Part shown: positions 1 through 9,074 of the stretch, one piece after another
Numbering within the stretch: position 1 is the first letter of the stretch
Layout: each line of letters starts with the position of its first letter
DNA from: Candidatus Nitrospinota bacterium M3_3B_026
GTDB taxonomy: Bacteria > Nitrospinota_A > UBA7883 > JBPRGF01
Direction: 5' to 3'
Assembly: GCA_051418015.1 (NCBI GenBank)
Contig: JBPRGF010000023.1
Span: forward strand, 1 to 64,000
Length of the DNA: 64,000 nt
Notes under the pieces: model-generated
The model's input: the letters and a program-made list of their open reading frames with translations, nothing else
Databases searched by the model: none
What the model was told of the DNA's origin: nothing
Program-made: the position numbers and the translations under genes

Positions 1-2
1 AT

Positions 3-161
3 CGCCTCGCGCCCGGGAAGAGGGTGTACGTCGTAAGAACGTCCGGCGGCCATTACGCCAAGATGCGGATACTGGACTATTACTGCGGCGGGATGGCGGC
101 CTGCTATTCGCTCGAGTACGTCTACCAGGGCGCGGGCGGCAAATCTTTAAAGAACCCGTAA
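3..161 (+). CDS. C-terminal fragment of a HmuY-like heme-binding protein (truncated by window start)
   Basis: Frame from 3 reads RLAPGKRVYVVRTSGGHYAKMRILDYYCGGMAACYSLEYVYQG...NP*, resembling the HmuY C-terminal pattern vYvvrt..G.yaK..ildYY...y...Y. Confidence 0.6.
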   Translation, partial: RLAPGKRVYVVRTSGGHYAKMRILDYYCGGMAACYSLEYVYQGAGGKSLKNP

Positions 162-375
162 CAACGCGGCAAGAATGTTTCCAGGGGTGGAGACAATCTG
201 TCCAGGCAAAGTGTCCATGATGGGGTTCCCCACCGCAGGGCTTTAGAGTTCCCGGACATAGCTTCCGCCGTACGGGGATAAAGGCGGTTATGCTCATTTA
301 AATTAACATCTTACTTCGCCCCTGTCCTCCACAAAGCCTTCCTGTTCGCCCTCATCTTGCTTCCCCAGCCGCGAT

Positions 376-391
376 TGGCGCCTTAATTGCC
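376..391 (+). promoter_or_regulatory. sigma54 (-24/-12) promoter for the idr-like operon
   Basis: TGGCGCCTTAATTGCC: GG(377-378)-N10-GC(389-390) with TTGC; IHF-like AATTAACATCTTA at 301-313; TGTCCA-type repeats at 188-217. Confidence 0.7.
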
Positions 392-512
392 AATACCTAA
401 CAGCCAAGTGGCAAGAATTTAGGGAGATTGGTGGGGGAGCCTCGCCAGGAACATAGTGTGGCTGGCGCCGCTCTGAAAATAATCCTTTTTCAATGCTAGA
501 GGGGATCCTTAA

Positions 513-1628
513 ATGAAACCTCACGTAACCATCCAACCCGTTCTATTTGCAGTGATGTTGCTCCTTGGCCTGGCGGCGTGGCCGCCGTCAAGCGCGTATG
601 GCGCTGACATCGGCCCGTTGCCGAAGCTCGAGTACGACAAGAAGAAGGCCGAGTTGGGCAAGAGGCTCTTTTTCGATCAGCGCCTCTCCGGGGACGCGGC
701 GATAAGCTGCGCCAAGTGCCACGACCCAAGGGAGGGCTGGACCAAGCATGTCGCGGTCGGCGAGGCCTATCCCGGCTCGAAACACTTCAGGAACGCTCCG
801 ACCCTGATCAACACGGCCTACAAGAAGCAGTTCGGCATCCCGTGGCACTGGGACGGCCGGATCGGCACGAACCTCAACGACATGACCCGCGACCAGATCA
901 CGGACACCTACGTTCTGAACATGGACATGCGGATCATGCAGGAGAGGCTCAAGCAGGACCCGGTCTACGTGAAGATGTTCAAGGAGGCGTTCAACAGCGA
1001 GCCATCCAACGGCCTGGTCCGCAAGGCCGTCCCGGAGTTTTTGAAGACCATCGTCTCCAAAAACGTTCCTTTCGACAAAGGAAAACTCTCCGCCGACGCC
1101 AAGGCGGGCCTCGCGCTCTTCAAGGGCAAGGCCGGATGCATCACCTGCCATAACGGCCCGATGTTCTCCGACGGCAAGCCGCACAACACCGGCGTCCCGG
1201 AGAACCCGGAGGTGTTCAAGGACCCACAGCGCCACGTGACCTACCTCACGTACATGTTCACCCTCGGCGTGGAGAACAGTGAAAACTGGCGCCGCGATAT
1301 AGGCCACATGACCGTCTCTCACGACTACAACGACCTAGGCGAGTTCATAACGCCGACGCTGCGGGAGCTCAAATACACCGCGCCGTACATGCACAACGGC
1401 ATGTTGGCCACTCTCGACGACGTGATCGAGTTCTACAACAACGGCGGCGGGCCGGACAGGCCGGGGCTTAAAAACCCCAACATTAAGCCGCTCGGCCTTT
1501 CGTCGAAGGAGAAGGGCCAGCTCAAGGAGTTTCTGCTGTCCCTGAGCGGCGACGATCCCTCGATCGAGGTGATGAAGGTACCGCTCTCCTATGAGCCGAT
1601 CGAAGACTGGTACACAAGGAAAAACTAA
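513..1628 (+). CDS. idrP: Di-heme cytochrome c peroxidase/MauG-family protein (IdrP-like, distal copy)
   Basis: Signal peptide; LGKRLFFDQRLSGD, CAKCH and CITCH heme motifs, RNAPT, WDGR, APYMHNG; clustered with Rieske and AioA-like genes. Confidence 0.85.
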   Translation: MKPHVTIQPVLFAVMLLLGLAAWPPSSAYGADIGPLPKLEYDKKKAELGKRLFFDQRLSGDAAISCAKCHDPREGWTKHVAVGEAYPGSKHFRNAPTLINTAYKKQFGIPWHWDGRIGTNLNDMTRDQITDTYVLNMDMRIMQERLKQDPVYVKMFKEAFNSEPSNGLVRKAVPEFLKTIVSKNVPFDKGKLSADAKAGLALFKGKAGCITCHNGPMFSDGKPHNTGVPENPEVFKDPQRHVTYLTYMFTLGVENSENWRRDIGHMTVSHDYNDLGEFITPTLRELKYTAPYMHNGMLATLDDVIEFYNNGGGPDRPGLKNPNIKPLGLSSKEKGQLKEFLLSLSGDDPSIEVMKVPLSYEPIEDWYTRKN

Positions 1629-1646
1629 TTCATAAGGGGGATATCC

Positions 1647-2831
1647 ATGTTTCGGTTCAAAAAATGGTCACGAACAGCCCTGGCCGCGGCCGTGGCGGCG
1701 CTGATGTTCTCCGCCGGCGCGGCTTACGCCGAGGCGGACCCTGACTTCGACCCACCGCTCGCGCCGTTGCCGGACCATCCGCCCATCCCGGCGGACAACA
1801 AGTCCTCCACGGCGGTCTACCCGGCCAAGATGGGCCCCAAGCAGGAGCTTGGCTACCTGCTCTTTTTTGATCCCAAAATCACCGGCGACATGTCGCTGTC
1901 GTGCGCGACGTGTCACCACCCGGACACCGGCTGGGGGTTCAACGACCCGATAAGCCGCGGGTATCCGGGGACTGTCCACTGGAGGAACTCGCAGTCCGTG
2001 ATGAACTCCGGTTACTGGAACAAGCTGTTCTGGGCCGGTTCGGTCACCAGCCTTGAGGCCCAGGCCCCATCCGCCAACAAGGGCGGCGTGGCCGGCAACG
2101 GCGAGAGCGACATGATGGAGTCTCGCCTTCGCCTCACGCCGGAATACCGCAGGCGCTGGAAAGAGGTCTTCGGCCATGACAGGCCCCTCATCAAGGATGC
2201 CTGGCGCGCCATAGCGGCCTTCGAGCGGTATCTTTCCCAGCCGGACACCCCCTACGACCGCTACCTGAAAGGCGACGAGGGGGCCATCTCCGACGCGGCG
2301 AAGAGAGGGCTCAAGCTCTTCAAGGGCAAGGCCAAGTGCGTCGAATGCCACAACGGCCCGATGCTCACGGATGAGAAGTACTACAACCTCGGCGTGCCGC
2401 AGCCGATCGAATGGACCGATTCCGGCATCCACCAGATAACCTTCCGGTTCGAGCAGTACGCCAAGGGGGTTACGGAGGCCGTCTACCGCGACACCAAGCA
2501 GGACCTGGGGGTCTATTACCGCGAGAAGAGCCCCCAGCACAAGATGAAGTTCAGGACCGCGACGCTCCGGTACACGAAGTACGCCGCGCCGTACATGCAC
2601 AACGGCGTCTTCTTCACCCTGGAGGAGGTGGTGGACTTCTACAACAAGGGCGGCGGGGACAACGACCCGTACGGCACCAAGACGAAAATCCTGGAGCCGT
2701 TGAACCTCACCGGCGAGGAGAAGGCCGACCTTGTCGAGTTCCTGCTGACGCTGAGCGGCGAGGAGATCAAGCTGCCAGTGCCCAAGATCCCTCCCATCGA
2801 GAGGGTGGCGGATTGGGAGCCGAGGAAATAG
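1647..2831 (+). CDS. idrP: Di-heme cytochrome c peroxidase/MauG-family protein (IdrP-like, proximal copy)
   Basis: Signal peptide; LFFDPKITGD, CATCH and CVECH, APYMHNG; paralog of 513..1628; RBS AAGGGG. Confidence 0.85.
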   Translation: MFRFKKWSRTALAAAVAALMFSAGAAYAEADPDFDPPLAPLPDHPPIPADNKSSTAVYPAKMGPKQELGYLLFFDPKITGDMSLSCATCHHPDTGWGFNDPISRGYPGTVHWRNSQSVMNSGYWNKLFWAGSVTSLEAQAPSANKGGVAGNGESDMMESRLRLTPEYRRRWKEVFGHDRPLIKDAWRAIAAFERYLSQPDTPYDRYLKGDEGAISDAAKRGLKLFKGKAKCVECHNGPMLTDEKYYNLGVPQPIEWTDSGIHQITFRFEQYAKGVTEAVYRDTKQDLGVYYREKSPQHKMKFRTATLRYTKYAAPYMHNGVFFTLEEVVDFYNKGGGDNDPYGTKTKILEPLNLTGEEKADLVEFLLTLSGEEIKLPVPKIPPIERVADWEPRK

Positions 2832-2884
2832 CCATGGCGCCATCAATCAAGGACAACCACGACAAACGAGATCGAGGTGACGAT

Positions 2885-3406
2885 ATGAGCGAAGAGAAGA
2901 AAAGCCCGGGATTCTGCGCCAACCGGCGCGAGTTCCTTTTAAGCGGCGGGGCCACCGCCGCGCTGGTGATGCTGGGTGCCACGCCCAAACCCGTCCTGGC
3001 GAAAGTCAAGGGTTACCCTAAAAAGAAGATCGGGAGCCTCAGGAAGCTGAAGGAGGGCAAGCCGATCACCTTCACCTACCCCGACAACGACGCGGAGAAC
3101 ATCCTCGTCAAGCTCGGCGAGCCCGCCGGGGGCGGCGTGGGGCCCAAGGGGGACGTGGTGGCTTTCAACACCATCTGCACCCACATGGGCGGCGACCTGA
3201 CCGTCGGAGGATACAGGAGCGCGGACAAGGCCGTCGGCCCCTGCCCGTTCCACCTGTCCACTTTCGACCTGACGCGGCACGGCATGATCATCTCCGGCCA
3301 CGGCACGGAAAGCCTGCCGCAGATCGACCTCGAGCTGGACGGTGATGACATATACGCCGTCGGGGTAATGGGTCTGCTCTATGGCCGTCATTCAAACCTT
3401 GGCTGA
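2885..3406 (+). CDS. idrB: Rieske [2Fe-2S] small subunit, AioB/IdrB family, Tat-exported
   Basis: Start re-assigned to ATG 2885 after GAGGTGA RBS; NRREFLL twin-arginine motif; CTHMG and CPFH Rieske ligands; IYAVGVMGLLYGR AioB-like C-terminus. Confidence 0.88.
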   Translation: MSEEKKSPGFCANRREFLLSGGATAALVMLGATPKPVLAKVKGYPKKKIGSLRKLKEGKPITFTYPDNDAENILVKLGEPAGGGVGPKGDVVAFNTICTHMGGDLTVGGYRSADKAVGPCPFHLSTFDLTRHGMIISGHGTESLPQIDLELDGDDIYAVGVMGLLYGRHSNLG

Positions 3407-3427
3407 TAAAGAAAGGAGGCTCAGATA

Positions 3428-6172
3428 ATGGGCGTGCAAGCATACCAGGCGAAAGATTACGTTCCCCTGCCCCCTCCCGACGCGGAGGTGCTGACCACGG
3501 CGTGCGACTACTGCATAGTCGCCTGCGGCTACAAGGCTTACCGGTGGCCCGTGGGGAAGGAGGGCGGCCCCAAGGCCAGCCAGAACGCATTGAAAACGGA
3601 TTTTCCCACAGGGGCGCTGTCGGGGAACTGGATAAGCCCCAACCAGCACAACGTAGTGATGTACAAGGGGCGGATGTACAACGTCGTCATCAAGCCCGAC
3701 GCGGACACCGAGGTGGTCAACGTCGGCGGCGACCACAGCATCAGGGGCGGCTGCATCGCGCAGAGGCTCTACAATCCCACCAAGCCGACCCACGACAGGC
3801 TCAGGTCCCCGATGATCCGCGTCCACGACACGCTGATGCCGGTGGACTGGGACACGGCCCTCGACGTGGCGGCGGAGGTCTCCAAGTACGTCATCGAAAG
3901 GCACGGCGAATCGGCCTGGGCGCAGAAGCAGTTCTCCTACGAGTTCTACGAAAATATGTACGCGCTCACCAAGTTCGCCCGGCGCTATATCAACACGCCC
4001 GCCTGGGCGCCTCACGACCAGCCGGGGCCAGGGTCGGCGACGGCGGGGTTCAGGGACACGGGGTTCCAGAACTTCGCCCCCTCCTACTGGGACTGGGGCA
4101 ACGCCGACACTCTCCTGATCTCCGGCACGGACCCCTACGAGACCAAGACCATCATCTTCAACGAGTGGATACTCCCGGGCATCCGGGACCGCGGAATGAA
4201 GGTGATAATGGTCCTGCCGCGGAAGACCATGGGCGCGGCCTACGCCGAGGCCAACGGCGGGCTGTTCCTGCAGATCATCCCCGGCACGGACGCGGTCCTT
4301 CAGATGGCCCTCACGAGGCACATCATCGAGAACGGATGGGAGGACAAGGAGTGGATCGCCAAGTGGGTCGCCAACAAGTGGGAGACGGACTCCGGCTTCG
4401 GCCAGGGCACGAGGAACACGCCGTGGCAGTGGCGCACCACCTGGGGCAAGTTCGAGACGAAGGGCTTCGACGACTACAAGAAGTGGCTGCTTGACCAGAA
4501 GGAGTCCCGGCTCGACGTCGCCTCGGAGATCACCGGCATCCCGGCCGACCAGATCAAGAAAGCCGCGGCGATGATGGCCAAGCCGGTCAAGGGCGTGCGG
4601 CCGAAGACCTCCATCGGCCTGGAGAAGGGCAACTACTGGTCCAACAACTACCTGAACACCTCGTCCCTGGCCGCGCTGGCCGCCACCATCGGGACCGGCG
4701 GCAGGCCGGGACAGGTGATCGGGCGTTTCGGCGGCCACCAGCGCGGCATGATGAGCGGCGGCGGCTACCCGAGGATGAAGTCGCCCGAGAAGCAGGAAGG
4801 ACGGCGCAAGAAACCGATCGACCTGGACCGCTGGGTCTACTCCGGCCACGTGCGGTTCGCCTACGTCGTCGGGACGACCTGGACCAACGCCATGGGCGGC
4901 ACGGAGCAGTTGCGCGACAGGATGAACCAGCTCACCCGCGGCAACCCGCACCAGGTGAGGTCCTTCGACAAGAAGGAGATCATCGAAACGCTCAAGAAGC
5001 GCGTCGACAGCGGCGGGATGGTGATAGTCAACCAGGACCTCTACCTGCGAAAGCCGATCGGCTCCACGTACGCGGACATAGTCCTGCCCGCCGCCGGATG
5101 GGGCGAGGAGGACTTCACCCGCAACAACGGCGAGCGCAGGCTCCGCCTCTATTCGAAGATCTACGACCCGCCGGGGATGGCCAAGCCGGACTGGTGGATC
5201 GTGGCCCAGTTCGCCAAGAAGATGGGCTTCAAGGGCTTCGACTGGAAGAACTCCAACGAGATCTTCGAGGAGGCGGCCAGGTTCAGCCGAAAGGGCATCC
5301 GCGCCTACGACAACGTGGTCTGGCTGGCCAAGAAAAAGGGGATCAGCGGGCACGACGCCCTGCGCCATCTCGGTACCACCGGCATCCAGACACCGGCCTT
5401 GATCGTCCCGAAGGAGTTCAGCGAGAACAGACCGGGCCAGCAGCACGTGGGCGGCGACGACAAGTACCTGGAGTGGAACGGCCTCAAGGTCATCGGCACC
5501 GTCCGCGCCCATGACACGGAGCGCAAGCTGCCGGAGACGGGGCCTGTCGGAAGAACCGTCTGGCCGAAATGGCTGACCCACTTCAACTCTCAGTCCGGCA
5601 AGCTCAACCTAATGAAGTCCCCCTGGTCCATCTACTCTGACTTCTACGAGTGGATGAAACCGAAGGGCGATGAGCTGTGGGTGACCAACGGGCGGATCAA
5701 CGAGGTATGGCAGTCCGGGTTCGACGACATCGAGCGCCGCCCGTACATCACCCAACGCTGGCCGGAAAACTGGCTCGAGCTCCATCCCGATGACGCGAAA
5801 AAGCGCGGCATCGAGAACGGAGACTACGTCGAGGTCTACTCGAACCGGGTGCCGGTTCAGAAGGACTACAATCAGGCCGTGTTCAGCGGGGACTACCAGT
5901 TCTCAAGCCTGATGAAGCAGGGACACATCGAGCTTCACTCCGCCAGCGTCACGGCGGTGGCGGTGGTCGCCCCTAACGTGCGCAAGGGGGTGAGTTGGAT
6001 GTACTTCCTGCACCCGTTCCAGTCGGCGAACTCGCTCGTCGCGATGGTACCCGACCCGATCACGAACCGGTACAGGTTCAAGCTCGGCGTGGGCAAGGTG
6101 CGCAAGCTGGGCGACTCGCCTTACAAGGAGGACCTGACCGCGATGAGTTTCGCGCGGCGCGACATAGTGTGA
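3428..6172 (+). CDS. idrA: Molybdopterin oxidoreductase large subunit, arsenite oxidase-related iodate reductase (IdrA) clade
   Basis: VPLPPPDAEVLTTACDYCIVACGYK (3Fe-4S CxxCxxxC), HSIRGG, EKGNYWSNNY, GGHQRG, C-terminal NGRINEVWQS molybdopterin-binding domain; no signal peptide of its own; two peroxidase-like genes adjacent. Confidence 0.85.
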   Translation: MGVQAYQAKDYVPLPPPDAEVLTTACDYCIVACGYKAYRWPVGKEGGPKASQNALKTDFPTGALSGNWISPNQHNVVMYKGRMYNVVIKPDADTEVVNVGGDHSIRGGCIAQRLYNPTKPTHDRLRSPMIRVHDTLMPVDWDTALDVAAEVSKYVIERHGESAWAQKQFSYEFYENMYALTKFARRYINTPAWAPHDQPGPGSATAGFRDTGFQNFAPSYWDWGNADTLLISGTDPYETKTIIFNEWILPGIRDRGMKVIMVLPRKTMGAAYAEANGGLFLQIIPGTDAVLQMALTRHIIENGWEDKEWIAKWVANKWETDSGFGQGTRNTPWQWRTTWGKFETKGFDDYKKWLLDQKESRLDVASEITGIPADQIKKAAAMMAKPVKGVRPKTSIGLEKGNYWSNNYLNTSSLAALAATIGTGGRPGQVIGRFGGHQRGMMSGGGYPRMKSPEKQEGRRKKPIDLDRWVYSGHVRFAYVVGTTWTNAMGGTEQLRDRMNQLTRGNPHQVRSFDKKEIIETLKKRVDSGGMVIVNQDLYLRKPIGSTYADIVLPAAGWGEEDFTRNNGERRLRLYSKIYDPPGMAKPDWWIVAQFAKKMGFKGFDWKNSNEIFEEAARFSRKGIRAYDNVVWLAKKKGISGHDALRHLGTTGIQTPALIVPKEFSENRPGQQHVGGDDKYLEWNGLKVIGTVRAHDTERKLPETGPVGRTVWPKWLTHFNSQSGKLNLMKSPWSIYSDFYEWMKPKGDELWVTNGRINEVWQSGFDDIERRPYITQRWPENWLELHPDDAKKRGIENGDYVEVYSNRVPVQKDYNQAVFSGDYQFSSLMKQGHIELHSASVTAVAVVAPNVRKGVSWMYFLHPFQSANSLVAMVPDPITNRYRFKLGVGKVRKLGDSPYKEDLTAMSFARRDIV

Positions 6173-6198
6173 CGATGGGAGTGTCTACTCCCCCCCTC

Positions 6199-6237
6199 GC
6201 TCCCGGCTGGCCATTGGCCGGCCGGGAGCTTTTTTTT
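6199..6237 (+). terminator. Rho-independent terminator after idrA
   Basis: GCTCCCGGCTGGCCA-T-TGGCCGGCCGGGAGC hairpin followed by a T8 run. Confidence 0.85.
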
Positions 6238-6249
6238 AGGTGATAAATA

Positions 6250-8265
6250 ATGTTCCAGCGAGGCGACAAAATAGCCGACGTCATCGAGCCTCTCGCCGGC
6301 GCCGCGTTTTTCTACACCCGATACGAAGCGGTAAAGACCCTCGCCAGGATGGCGAGACCCCGCTCAGCTGAAGCGCTTCTCCGGGCCGCTCTCGACAAAG
6401 ACGAGGATATCGACCTGCGGATAGAGGCCATCGAGGGTCTCGGCGGGATCATTGGACCGGGGCAGGCGCCAAGGCTTGCGGATGCCCTGTCCGACCCTTC
6501 CGGCGAGATCAGGCTCGCGGCGGTAAGGGCGCTCGGCAAGGCTGAAGACCCGTCCGTCGTGGACGGCCTGCTCACGGCGATGGAAGCCACGGACGTGGAA
6601 TATGACGGAGACGATGACGACGACATGGATTGGGACATCCAGTGGGACATCCAGAGCCAAGCCATAAAAGCCCTCGGCGCCATCGGGGACGAAAAGGCCG
6701 TGGAGCCGGTCCTGCGGCTGTACAAAGATGAAACCTCGCCGGACCTCGCGGAGGTGGTGTTCCCCTTCCTCGCCGCCGTGGGCTCCGGGAAAGCTCTGGA
6801 CACACTGTCGGAAATGCTCCTCAACGGCGGCGAAAAAGAGCGAAGGCTCGCCGCGGAGGCGCTGGAAAACAACGAAAGCGCGGCGAGCCTTCTAAAAAAA
6901 GAGGACTTGAACACGGCCCTGGTGGACGAGAGCCCCTGGGTCAGAATCGCCATGGCTAAAATCCTCGCGCGGCGCGAGGGGCACGGCGCGATGGCCCCAT
7001 TGATCATGATGCTCCGCGACAGCGATGAGAACGTCAGGGCTGAGGCGCTTGGCAGGCTCGTGGAAATCGGCGGCGATGGCCTGGAGCGGCACGTGGCTCC
7101 GCTGTTGAAAGACCCTTCCCCGAAGGTACGCGCCGCCGCGGCCGTGGCCGCGCGAGACTTCCGGCGGGCCGGGGATCACGTGGACAGGCTGCTCAGAATC
7201 ATGGAATTGGACGAGGATGGCGCCGCCCTGGAAGCGGCGAAAACACTGTCCGGGTACGGTCTGGACGGCTTTTCGGAGCGGCTCGCGGCGCTGGCGAAGG
7301 ATGCGAAGAGGACGTCCTATTTCAGGATAGGGCTGCTGCGGTTGTTCGAGGAGGCGTTCCCGGAAAAAATCCCGGAGTTGGTCTGCCCGTTGATCTCCAC
7401 GGAGCCACGCCAGGTCTCCGTGGCCGCCGCCGCCGTCATCGCAAGATCAGCCGCGTGGGACAAGCTCCTGGAAATGGCGGACAGCCGGATCGAGGAGATC
7501 AAAAAGGAAGACGGGGCAGGCGGCGAAGAGAGCGCCGGGGACGCCGCGGAAGACGAGGGCGAGGAGGCCATGGAGGAAGTCCCCGTCATGATCGGCAAGA
7601 GGAAGAAAAACGCGGTCAAGTCCCCTGGGGCGACTCCCGGATCCTGCCGTCTTGAAGACCTGGCTCACGCCCTTGGCGAAACCCGCCGAAAAGAGACGGC
7701 CCGAACGCTGATCAGCTGTCTTGAGCTAAAGGAGAAGCCCGAGGCTGCCGCGGCTGCCGCCGGCTCGCTGGGCAGGCTGGACGCAAAGGAGGCCAGGGAA
7801 AGCCTGGAGGCCGCCCTGTCCCACCCCTCGCCCCGTGTAAGGGAGGCCGCCGCCGGGGCCCTGGGGCGGATCGGCGCCTCGGAGAGCGCGCCCAGGCTCG
7901 GTAAGGCGCTCGTGTCCGACACCGATGAAATCGTGCGGGAGAAAGCCGCGCTTGCCCTGGGATGGGTGAAGGCCCCAGAGGGGTATGATTACCTCACGCG
8001 CGGCCTTTCGGACGAGTTCATCGCGGTAAGGAAAGCCTGCGCGTCGGCCCTCGGCGAGCTTGGCCGCCGCCGCGCCATGGGGCCGCTCGCCCAGCTCCTG
8101 TTGGACTATTCTGAGTCGAGCGCGATTTTCGAGGATATTCTATCCGCCCTTCAAAAAATCGACGCGGAAAAGACGGTGGACATCCTGCTTGAAACCCTGG
8201 GCTCAAAAGAACAAACCGAAAATCACTGGATAGCGATACGGGCGCTTGGGGCCATTTCCAGCTGA
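6250..8265 (+). CDS. HEAT/PBS-lyase-like repeat protein
   Basis: Many repeats of the type LxDxxxxVRxAAxxALGxIG; RBS AGGTGA. Confidence 0.85.
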   Translation: MFQRGDKIADVIEPLAGAAFFYTRYEAVKTLARMARPRSAEALLRAALDKDEDIDLRIEAIEGLGGIIGPGQAPRLADALSDPSGEIRLAAVRALGKAEDPSVVDGLLTAMEATDVEYDGDDDDDMDWDIQWDIQSQAIKALGAIGDEKAVEPVLRLYKDETSPDLAEVVFPFLAAVGSGKALDTLSEMLLNGGEKERRLAAEALENNESAASLLKKEDLNTALVDESPWVRIAMAKILARREGHGAMAPLIMMLRDSDENVRAEALGRLVEIGGDGLERHVAPLLKDPSPKVRAAAAVAARDFRRAGDHVDRLLRIMELDEDGAALEAAKTLSGYGLDGFSERLAALAKDAKRTSYFRIGLLRLFEEAFPEKIPELVCPLISTEPRQVSVAAAAVIARSAAWDKLLEMADSRIEEIKKEDGAGGEESAGDAAEDEGEEAMEEVPVMIGKRKKNAVKSPGATPGSCRLEDLAHALGETRRKETARTLISCLELKEKPEAAAAAAGSLGRLDAKEARESLEAALSHPSPRVREAAAGALGRIGASESAPRLGKALVSDTDEIVREKAALALGWVKAPEGYDYLTRGLSDEFIAVRKACASALGELGRRRAMGPLAQLLLDYSESSAIFEDILSALQKIDAEKTVDILLETLGSKEQTENHWIAIRALGAISS

Positions 8266-8327
8266 GTTTTTTAAAAACTCCGCCTCCCAACTTACCGCTC
8301 AAGATTAAAAATTCCGCGCATCACCCC

Positions 8328-8373
8328 TTGACAAGAACGGCGCCCTTATATATTTTGACTGAACGGTCAGTCA
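8328..8373 (+). promoter_or_regulatory. sigma70 promoter with overlapping TetR-type operator
   Basis: TTGACA (8328-8333), 17 bp spacer, TATTTT (8351-8356); inverted repeat TGACTGA-ACGG-TCAGTCA (8356-8373) directly upstream of the TetR gene. Confidence 0.75.
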
Positions 8374-8395
8374 GTAACAACACAGTGGCAAACAG

Positions 8396-9070
8396 GTGGC
8401 CGAAAGACAAATGGACGACTCCCCCGGCGGCGACAGGCCCGAACACAACGCCTGCGCGGAGAAGATACTGGACGTGGCGGAGGATCTTTTCGGCGACAAG
8501 GGCTACGACGCTGTCGCCATAAGCTCCATAGCCGAACGCGCCGGCACCAGCCAAGCGAACGTCATCTATCATTTCAAGACCAAAAGGGATCTATATCTCG
8601 CCGTCCTTCGCCGCGCCAAGGGGAAGGCGGACGAGCTTATATTCGCCATGGAGGGCAAGTTCGACAACTTTTCCGACTTTCTAGCCAATTTCGCGAGGGC
8701 GCACCTGGACGCCCTTTCGCAAAACGAGAAATCGTCCCGCCTCTTTTTACGGGAGATTATGGGCTATGGGCCAATCGAAAGCGAGGACCTGGCCAAAAAA
8801 GTCATAGGCGAGGGTTTCAACCATGTCGTCGAGCTTTTTCGCGAAGGCAGGAAGGAAGGTCATATAAGAAAGGAAGTGGACCCTGTGGTGGCTACGATCC
8901 TGATGTTCGGCGCTAACGTGCTTTTTTTCCAGACTCACAGCGTCCTGCGCCACACAACCGATATAAAGTCCCTGGAGAACACGAAACACTATAACAAGAA
9001 GGTCATGGACATACTGCTCCACGGCCTGACGCCGCACGCCAAAAGGCGTGGCGCCAAGAAACGAAGATGA
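8396..9070 (+). CDS. TetR/AcrR family transcriptional regulator
   Basis: ILDVAEDLFGDKGYDAVAISSIAERAGTSQANVIYHFKTKRDLY HTH. Confidence 0.92.
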   Translation: MAERQMDDSPGGDRPEHNACAEKILDVAEDLFGDKGYDAVAISSIAERAGTSQANVIYHFKTKRDLYLAVLRRAKGKADELIFAMEGKFDNFSDFLANFARAHLDALSQNEKSSRLFLREIMGYGPIESEDLAKKVIGEGFNHVVELFREGRKEGHIRKEVDPVVATILMFGANVLFFQTHSVLRHTTDIKSLENTKHYNKKVMDILLHGLTPHAKRRGAKKRR

Positions 9071-9074
9071 GAAA

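Noticed and set aside
2411..2884. N-terminal extension of the 331 aa ORF 2411..3406
   Set aside because: Overlaps the second peroxidase gene out of frame; RBS and Tat signal define the real start at 2885
3392..5581. 729 aa antisense ORF and similar long shadow ORFs (19722..21671, 29204..31063, 44972..46570, 59432..61468)
   Set aside because: Lie opposite well-supported genes, have no recognisable motifs, and are expected from GC-rich codon bias
3428..6172. Calling the Mo enzyme canonical arsenite oxidase AioA
   Set aside because: HNRPAYNSE and GGHQEG motifs are altered, two peroxidase-like genes are adjacent, and no aioXSR/ars genes are in the window
8386..8401. GG-N10-GC pattern TGGCAAACAGGTGGCC before tetR
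   Set aside because: Overlaps the start codon, lacks TTGC, and a good sigma70 promoter lies just upstream
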